A stretch of DNA of 64,000 nucleotides from Candidatus Latescibacterota bacterium (lineage in GTDB: Bacteria; Latescibacterota; CBDEFO01): contig OZ252149.1 in assembly GCA_965248755.1 (NCBI GenBank), positions 352,001 through 416,000 of the forward strand, given 5' to 3'. The notes under the pieces were generated by a model. That model searched no databases and had not been told where the DNA came from. It was given only the letters and a program-made list of their open reading frames with translations. Shown here piece after piece: positions 57,891 to 64,000 of this stretch (the first letter of the stretch is position 1; each line of letters starts with the position of its first letter). The translations under genes and the position numbers were made by a program.

Positions 57891-59283
57891 CACTTTCAAC
57901 CTCCCAGTCGGGCATATCAGTCTCCTGCCTGTGAGTTTCCAATTCCCGGAACGCCGCATATTTATCCACCCATGAGAGCATCACTGTCCCTGTGGGACCG
58001 TTCCTCTGCTTGCGGATAATAATCTCCGCCACGCCTTCTTCTATCGGATTCCCCTCTTCATCCTTCTCGTCATACATCGACGGGTGATAGACGAACATCA
58101 CCACATCTGCGTCCTGCTCGATAGCGCCGCTTTCTCTTAAATCCGACAGCTGCGGTCTCCTGTCCCCCCCCCTCAGCTCCACCGCCCGTGAAAGCTGTGA
58201 TATAGCTATTACAGGAATGCGCAGCTCTTTTGCCATAGACTTTAAAGACCTGGATATATAAGAAATCTCCTGCTGCCTGTTCTCGGATCTCATGTGAAAT
58301 GACATTAACTGGAGATAATCCACTATGACTAAACCGACACTGTGCTCAGATAGTAACCTCCGTGTCTTTGCCTTCATCTCTAAGACATTGATCGAAGGAG
58401 TATCATCTATATAAAGAGGAGCCTCGGCAAGCTTACCCACATTTCTAGCCAAGCGATTCCATTCATCATCCCTCAATCCCCCCATCCTCAGCTTTTGTGA
58501 ATCTACACTCGCCTCGGCACACATAAGCCTTTGAGCCAACTGGCTCCCGGACATCTCAAGGCTGAATATCCCGACACCTACTTGCCTGTCCACAGCTACA
58601 TTTCGAGCCACACAGAGCCCGAGGGCGGTCTTACCCATAGAGGGGCGGCCCGCTACAATAATAAGATCTCCCCTTTGAAACCCAGCCGTCATATCGTCAA
58701 GCTCACGGTAGCCTGACCGCAATCCCGGCAGATAATCTGTCCTTTTATGCGCCTTCTCAAGCTCATCGAACTCCTCGTGGAGAATTTTTTCTATTACTGT
58801 GAATCCTGTACGCAGATTCATCAGTTGCTCCGATAGACTGAATATCCTCTCCTCAGCCGTGTCGATCAATTCGCGCACATCCCCCACATCCTCATAAGAC
58901 TCACTGGTTATCTGAGTCGAAAAGGTTATAAGCTTTCTTAATAAAGCTTTGTTTAAAACGATCTTAGCGTGATATTCAACGTTGGCTGAAGTCGCCACAT
59001 CTCCCGCCAGTGTCGCGAGATAATACGCTCCTCCTACCTCCTCAAGCTGACCCCTTCTTCTCAACTCCTCGGAGACCGTGATCTGATCTGCCTCTTCATC
59101 CCTTTCAAAGAGAGATACCAGCGTAGAATATATCTTCCTGTGAGCGTCCCTGTAGAAGGAGTCTTCATGCAGAATCTCAATAACCTTCGCAATCGCCCCT
59201 TTATCGATCAGCATCGCCCCCAACACCGCCGTCTCTACATCCACAGCCTGAGGCATTACCCTTTCATATGAAACTTCAGCCAT
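57883..59283 (-). CDS. dnaB: Replicative DNA helicase
   Basis: GRPSMGKT, FSLEM, VDYLQL, SQLSR, SDLRESGAIEQDAD, KQRNGPTG; no intein. Confidence 0.98.
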   Translation of the reverse strand: MAEVSYERVMPQAVDVETAVLGAMLIDKGAIAKVIEILHEDSFYRDAHRKIYSTLVSLFERDEEADQITVSEELRRRGQLEEVGGAYYLATLAGDVATSANVEYHAKIVLNKALLRKLITFSTQITSESYEDVGDVRELIDTAEERIFSLSEQLMNLRTGFTVIEKILHEEFDELEKAHKRTDYLPGLRSGYRELDDMTAGFQRGDLIIVAGRPSMGKTALGLCVARNVAVDRQVGVGIFSLEMSGSQLAQRLMCAEASVDSQKLRMGGLRDDEWNRLARNVGKLAEAPLYIDDTPSINVLEMKAKTRRLLSEHSVGLVIVDYLQLMSFHMRSENRQQEISYISRSLKSMAKELRIPVIAISQLSRAVELRGGDRRPQLSDLRESGAIEQDADVVMFVYHPSMYDEKDEEGNPIEEGVAEIIIRKQRNGPTGTVMLSWVDKYAAFRELETHRQETDMPDWEVESVD

Positions 59284-59492
59284 ACTGTCCTTCCTGATCT
59301 TTGCAAGGCTTGGTTTAACATTATATAGGTTTTATGTACATCTGCAGAACTAAGGCTTCTCGAAACCGAGACGATAATTTCTCTCTCGCTTGGAGAACAT
59401 ATGCTCAATCCTGATCCCCGATAGATTCAATCGGGGACTCAAGGGAGGAGGCAGTGCCCCTGTCTACTGTCTACTGTTTTCTGTCTACTTTC

Positions 59493-60176
59493 TTATAGCT
59501 CCACTCCGTCGTATTCCCTCCTTAACATCTTCATATCCTCCCACGTGGGTTTTTTCCACTGAGGGTTCCTCAGAAGCGCAGCAGGATGATAGGTCACAAT
59601 CACCTTCGCTCCTTTGTAATGGTGCATTTTACCCCTTAAAGCCGTAAGACTCGTAGAAGTGCTCAAAAGGGCCTGAGCAGCTATCCTCCCCAAAGCACAG
59701 ATTACGTTAGGCTGGATGATCTCTATCTGTCTGTCCAAGTAGGACCTGCACATCTCTATCTCGCCCGTCTGGGGATCTCTATTGTTCGGAGGTCGGCACT
59801 TCAACATATTAGCTATATATACATCTTCCCTTTTCAACTTAAGCGATTCGATTATCTTCGTTAAAAGCTGTCCTGCCCTCCCCACGAACGGCTCGCCCTG
59901 CAAATCCTCATTCCTCCCCGGTGCTTCCCCGATAAACAGAATATCCGCCTCTGGATTCCCGACACCGAAGACAAAATTAGTCCTTGTCGCCCCCAACCTG
60001 CACTCTTGGCAGTCCTTGATCTCTAAGTAAAAATCGTGCAACAGCTTCTTTCTGGACACCGGGTCGCTCCAAATCTTTTCTTTGAAGACAAACTCGTCCT
60101 CGCCCATTTCGATCTTCTGACCTATGAATCTCTTGGCCAAGTTCAAAACACCGTAAGTTTCTTTCCTTGCATCCAT
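59493..60176 (-). CDS. Uracil-DNA glycosylase family 4
   Basis: [32 protein letters not shown]; start placed at ATG 60176. Confidence 0.93.
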   Translation of the reverse strand: MDARKETYGVLNLAKRFIGQKIEMGEDEFVFKEKIWSDPVSRKKLLHDFYLEIKDCQECRLGATRTNFVFGVGNPEADILFIGEAPGRNEDLQGEPFVGRAGQLLTKIIESLKLKREDVYIANMLKCRPPNNRDPQTGEIEMCRSYLDRQIEIIQPNVICALGRIAAQALLSTSTSLTALRGKMHHYKGAKVIVTYHPAALLRNPQWKKPTWEDMKMLRREYDGVEL

Positions 60177-60342
60177 ACAGTTCACTCTATACAGCAGGGG
60201 CAGACCCGCGTGTCTGCCCTCAAAATTTGAGCGAACCCCCTCATGGCTTATTGCAACTTCTCCCCCTCCGCTGCCGTGTGGGTTCGCCGCGACATGCCTT
60301 TCCCTGCCCCCGATTGAATCCATCAGGGGCCTGCCTTTCTGT

Positions 60343-61554
60343 CTATTTGTTTAGGAGCTTTACAACCCTGTCTAAAACCACTTCTGCCACATTCAGTTTG
60401 CTCATCTTGGGAAGCGATTCTACGCTACCATCTGTGGAGATTATAGTTACCACATTAGTATCAGTCCCGAAACCTGCGCCCTCTACCAATACGTTGTTAG
60501 CCACTGCTATATCCCAATTCTTGTCCTCGAGCTTCCTTTTTGTCCTCTCAACCTCGTCTTCGGTCTCCATAGAAAAACCCACCAGAATCCTTTTCCCTTT
60601 ATTCTTTCCCAGGCTTTTGGCGATGTCCTCAGTCTGTTCCAATTCAAGTGTCATATTCCCTTTGTCTTTTTTCAACTTTCCCTTTGATCTCACCTTAGCG
60701 CGAAAATCGGACACAGCAGAAGCCATAAGCACCACATCTGAGGACTCAAACTCCGTCTCCATCTTATCCTTCATCTGTCTTACAGATCTGATACTTTCGA
60801 CTCTTGCGCCCAAAGGCGGGGTCAAATTCGATGGCCCGCTTATCAAACAGACATCAGCTCCCCTTTCTAACGCCCTTTTGGCTAAAGCGTAGCCCATCTT
60901 TCCCGTAGACTTGTTCGTTATGAACCTTACAGGATCTATGTCCTCCTCGGTTCTCCCCGCAGTCACCAAAACCTTTTTCCCCACTAGTTCCTCAGATTTT
61001 TGCAAGGCCTGTGCTACAGTATCCACTATAATATCTACCTCTGCCAGTCTCCCTTCGCCCATCTTTCCGGAGGCTAGAAAGCCCTCGCCTGTCTGTATGA
61101 ACCTGTAGCCTAAATCCTCCAATTTCTGTACATTTGCCTGTACGATAGGATTTATCAGCATGTTCGTCTCCATAGCTGGGGCAAACACAACCGGGGCCGC
61201 TGTAGCCATAACTACACAGGAAAGAAGATCGTCAGCTATCCCGCCTGCCACCTTTCCTATGATATTCGCAGTGGCAGGAGCTATCAGCAGCAGATCAGCC
61301 CAATCTGCCAAAGATATGTGCACCGTATCCATTATCCTGCCTTCCCTTGGGAAAAGATCAGACTCCACCTTGTTTTCCGAAAGGGTCTCAAACGTGGCGC
61401 CCCCCACAAACTCCTGGGCCGTTCGGGTCATAATCACTGTCACACTTGTGCCAGATTCTTTCAGGACTCTTAATACCTCCACAGCCTTATATGCGGCGAT
61501 TCCACCCGTCACGCCTAAGATTATGCGTCTTCCCTTTAGACTTTCCCTGTTCAT
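60343..61554 (-). CDS. coaBC: Phosphopantothenoylcysteine decarboxylase/synthase
   Basis: TGGIAAYK, APATAN, PAM...M, G.GRL, TAG.T.E.IDPVRFITNKSTGKMG. Confidence 0.97.
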   Translation of the reverse strand: MNRESLKGRRIILGVTGGIAAYKAVEVLRVLKESGTSVTVIMTRTAQEFVGGATFETLSENKVESDLFPREGRIMDTVHISLADWADLLLIAPATANIIGKVAGGIADDLLSCVVMATAAPVVFAPAMETNMLINPIVQANVQKLEDLGYRFIQTGEGFLASGKMGEGRLAEVDIIVDTVAQALQKSEELVGKKVLVTAGRTEEDIDPVRFITNKSTGKMGYALAKRALERGADVCLISGPSNLTPPLGARVESIRSVRQMKDKMETEFESSDVVLMASAVSDFRAKVRSKGKLKKDKGNMTLELEQTEDIAKSLGKNKGKRILVGFSMETEDEVERTKRKLEDKNWDIAVANNVLVEGAGFGTDTNVVTIISTDGSVESLPKMSKLNVAEVVLDRVVKLLNK

Positions 61555-61575
61555 GCTGCTCATCCTAAGAACAAT

Positions 61576-61779
61576 CTATTCTTTGCGGTCTTTGTGCACA
61601 ATTTCGCCTTTTCCTTCAAGAACCCTTTTTATAGCTAAAGTAGTAGGATTCGTGCCGTCTACCACTCCTTCAATCCTTCTTTTTTGATTTATTCTTCTCA
61701 CCTCTTTAGATACCGCAACTATGAACTCATACCTACTAATTCCCTTTTCATGCAGATCCCCTAAAGAGACCTCAGCCAT
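61576..61779 (-). CDS. rpoZ: RNA polymerase omega subunit
   Basis: SRYE.....SK..R.I motif; located between gmk and coaBC. Confidence 0.8.
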   Translation of the reverse strand: MAEVSLGDLHEKGISRYEFIVAVSKEVRRINQKRRIEGVVDGTNPTTLAIKRVLEGKGEIVHKDRKE

Positions 61780-61813
61780 ATAACTACCCCCTTAAAGCAT
61801 CTTCAGTTGTTAA

Positions 61814-62407
61814 TCAAAAAATCGTTATTATCCTTTTGGTGCGATGCCGTTCCGCCTCTATGATCGCCTCAATCCGAAGGATAGAATCGTCCAGATTCTC
61901 ATTAACTATAACATAATCATATTCAGCTATATTCTCCATCTCCTTGCGACCGGCGTTCAACCTCCTTTCTATGACTTCCCTTGAATCTGTCCGCCTTGCC
62001 TTCAACCTCTTTTCTAACACCTCTATCGACGGCGGAGCGATGAACACCGTCGCACAGTCCTTAGAAAAAATCTTCTTGAGATTCCTCGCCCCACCAACCT
62101 CCACAACTGAAATTATCACTTTCTCCTTGCTTAAAGCGTCCACAAGCGTTTTTCTTAGAGTCCCGTACAAGAATCCCTGATACTGTGTCCACTCTGCAAA
62201 ATCTCCTTGATCCAATCTATGCTTAAATTCATCCTCCGACAGAAAGACGTAATCTACACCGTCCTCCTCACCTTCCCTTTTTGGCCGCGTCGTCACCGAT
62301 ACGGAGTAAACCACATCTTGGCTCTTTTCTACCACCCTTTTCCTTATAGTAGTCTTTCCCGTACCCGAAGGAGCTGACAGCACCAGTATGAATCCCTTCC
62401 ATTTCAC
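61814..62407 (-). CDS. gmk: Guanylate kinase
   Basis: APSGTGKTT, TTRPKREGE.DGVDY.F, YGT. Confidence 0.97.
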   Translation of the reverse strand: MKWKGFILVLSAPSGTGKTTIRKRVVEKSQDVVYSVSVTTRPKREGEEDGVDYVFLSEDEFKHRLDQGDFAEWTQYQGFLYGTLRKTLVDALSKEKVIISVVEVGGARNLKKIFSKDCATVFIAPPSIEVLEKRLKARRTDSREVIERRLNAGRKEMENIAEYDYVIVNENLDDSILRIEAIIEAERHRTKRIITIF

Positions 62408-62509
62408 CTTGCTCTTTCCCCCTGTACGCTCCGCTTATTAAGCTACTGCGTAATTATCCTGCCCACTGATCGTCCCACCCGCTGTGGTCGCACCACCTTC
62501 AATTCCATA

Positions 62510-63382
62510 TCACTCCACATTTTGAACCTGCTCGCGCAGTCTTTCTACTTCCTCTTTGATATCCACTACAAGGTGAGATATGTCAGCATCGTTAGCCTTG
62601 GCGCCTATTGTATTTACCTCTCGACCTATCTCCTGGAGCAGGAAATTTAGCCTCCTTCCCACCGGCCCGCCATTGTCCAAGGCGGCTATAAATTGACTAT
62701 TGTGACTTTGGAATCTCACACACTCTTCAGTCACGTCGCTCTTTTCAGCCAGCACTGCTACTTCCATATAGAGCCTCATCTCATCTATTTGGGTATCTTC
62801 CAAGAGCCTCTGGATCTTCTCCTTTAATCTTTCCCTTGTTACCTCCACTTTCAAAGAAGCAAGCTCCTCAATCCTTTCTATCAGATTCTCCATGATGTCT
62901 ATTCTCTTTCTGAAATCCACGCTCAGTTCCTCTCCCTCCCTTTTTCTCATCTGGCTGTGCTCTGACAGCGCCATATCGCACGCCTTCTCCATCAAACTCC
63001 ATGCAGACTCCCTGTCCAGTTTCTCTTCCTCATGCTTAAATACATCGGGCATACCTAGAAGCACAGAAAGGTCTACCCTGCCTTCCACCCCTAACTCATC
63101 CTTTACCTTTGACAAAACCTCTCGATAAGCTCTGAGAACATGCACATTTAAGCGGACAGGGCTTTCCTTTTTGCTCTCCCAGGATACTGACACACTTATT
63201 TTTCCCCTTGAGATAGATTTGCCAACACGCTCCTTAATCTTCTGCTCCAGATCCACCAACTGTCTCGGAAGGCGCACAGAGATTTCAGAGAAACGTCCGT
63301 TTACAGACCTTATCTCAACCGTCGTCCGGCTCTCACCACCCTCAGCCTCTCCCCTGCCGAACCCTGTCATACTTGCAATCAT
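62510..63382 (-). CDS. yicC: YicC/YloC family endoribonuclease
   Basis: SMTGFG, SVNGRF, D.TEE..R, GRRLNFL.QE..RE.NT..AK, REQVQNVE. Confidence 0.95.
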   Translation of the reverse strand: MIASMTGFGRGEAEGGESRTTVEIRSVNGRFSEISVRLPRQLVDLEQKIKERVGKSISRGKISVSVSWESKKESPVRLNVHVLRAYREVLSKVKDELGVEGRVDLSVLLGMPDVFKHEEEKLDRESAWSLMEKACDMALSEHSQMRKREGEELSVDFRKRIDIMENLIERIEELASLKVEVTRERLKEKIQRLLEDTQIDEMRLYMEVAVLAEKSDVTEECVRFQSHNSQFIAALDNGGPVGRRLNFLLQEIGREVNTIGAKANDADISHLVVDIKEEVERLREQVQNVE

Positions 63383-63559
63383 GGAAATATCTCTCTACGT
63401 TTATGACCTGAAAACATTGAAAAGTGCTTCTCTCTTGACTCCTGCATTAGGACATCCACGCCGGATATGGATGAAACATAAAGCATCAGCACCGCGGAGT
63501 GATGATCTACCTTTCCTGGACCTCAAAGGCAGAGATTGAACCTTTCTGTGACCATGTCG

Positions 63560-64000
63560 CCCTCACTCGACGCGGATGGATCGCTCCGACAAGATCTTTG
63601 GAGACCTCCAAAACCGGGCGCGTAATGAGCCAAGCATCCGGGAGTAGAACGACCCCGCAGACGAATCGCACGATGCACAGGCAGGCCAAAGGCAGTGTAT
63701 TGGAGACAGCTACTTGGCCCGAAATGTCCCCTATTAGTAGTTTTCCCGAATCGATAGCCAAATACGACAGGAAAGCACAGTCCTTGTCGCCTTGAAAACG
63801 CCAGATAATGTTGAGAGCTGTGTGAACCGCCTGTCGTGGGTGATTATCCAGGGAGATGGGCGCTCCGAAGAGTGCCAGAATCTCATATCCCTTGGCGGCA
63901 CATACGTTGGCAGTCAAGATGGTACCACCACCCTCAGATACTGCGTTTGCAATGACATCCAGATAGACCTCTATCTGACTGCTGACCTCTTGGAGATTAC
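63560..64000 (-). pseudogene. Adenylate/guanylate cyclase catalytic-domain-like fragment (partial, degenerate)
   Basis: ILALFGAPI...NH..QAV.TAL, IDSG...IGDI; canonical GD/R motifs degraded; runs off the window edge. Confidence 0.5.

Noticed and set aside
60177..60323. N-terminal extension of the UDG ORF
   Set aside because: Consists of REP-like palindromes read in frame; ATG 60176 is the plausible start

Overview
Bacterial chromosomal window, probably from an anaerobic member of the FCB superphylum. This is an inference from a T9SS/FlgD-type C-terminal tail fragment, a 'WGxIK'-type C-terminal motif and the yicC-gmk-rpoZ-coaBC-udg-dnaB gene order. From left to right it holds: the 3' end of cstA; glcF, a SEC-C gene and glcE; a phosphonoacetaldehyde reductase/phosphonatase pair whose phosphonatase is cut by an IS256 (8-bp TSD); a DegT aminotransferase, folC, chrA and a DSD1-family PLP enzyme. 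Next comes a ~16.9 kb decayed integrative island (15333-32218). It is bounded by a perfect 15-bp direct repeat, carries arm-type repeats and an unannotated tyrosine-integrase C-terminal remnant, and is filled with gene fragments and several integron attC-like sites. After it come a dksA-like gene, an MFS-HEAT fusion, a cyclophilin, panE-like and nadD-like genes, and an integron-like toxin-antitoxin patch with two attI-like motifs. The best candidate for a novel system is the 12 kb cluster at 43686-55807: two B12-binding radical SAM genes, a divergently transcribed PlsR/PlsA(Ger)-like pair and Cys-rich accessory genes. It looks like a membrane-spanning/ether (branched GDGT-type) lipid biosynthesis locus. 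The window ends with housekeeping genes. No rRNA, tRNA or CRISPR array was seen. All family calls come from motif recognition by eye; no database searches were run.
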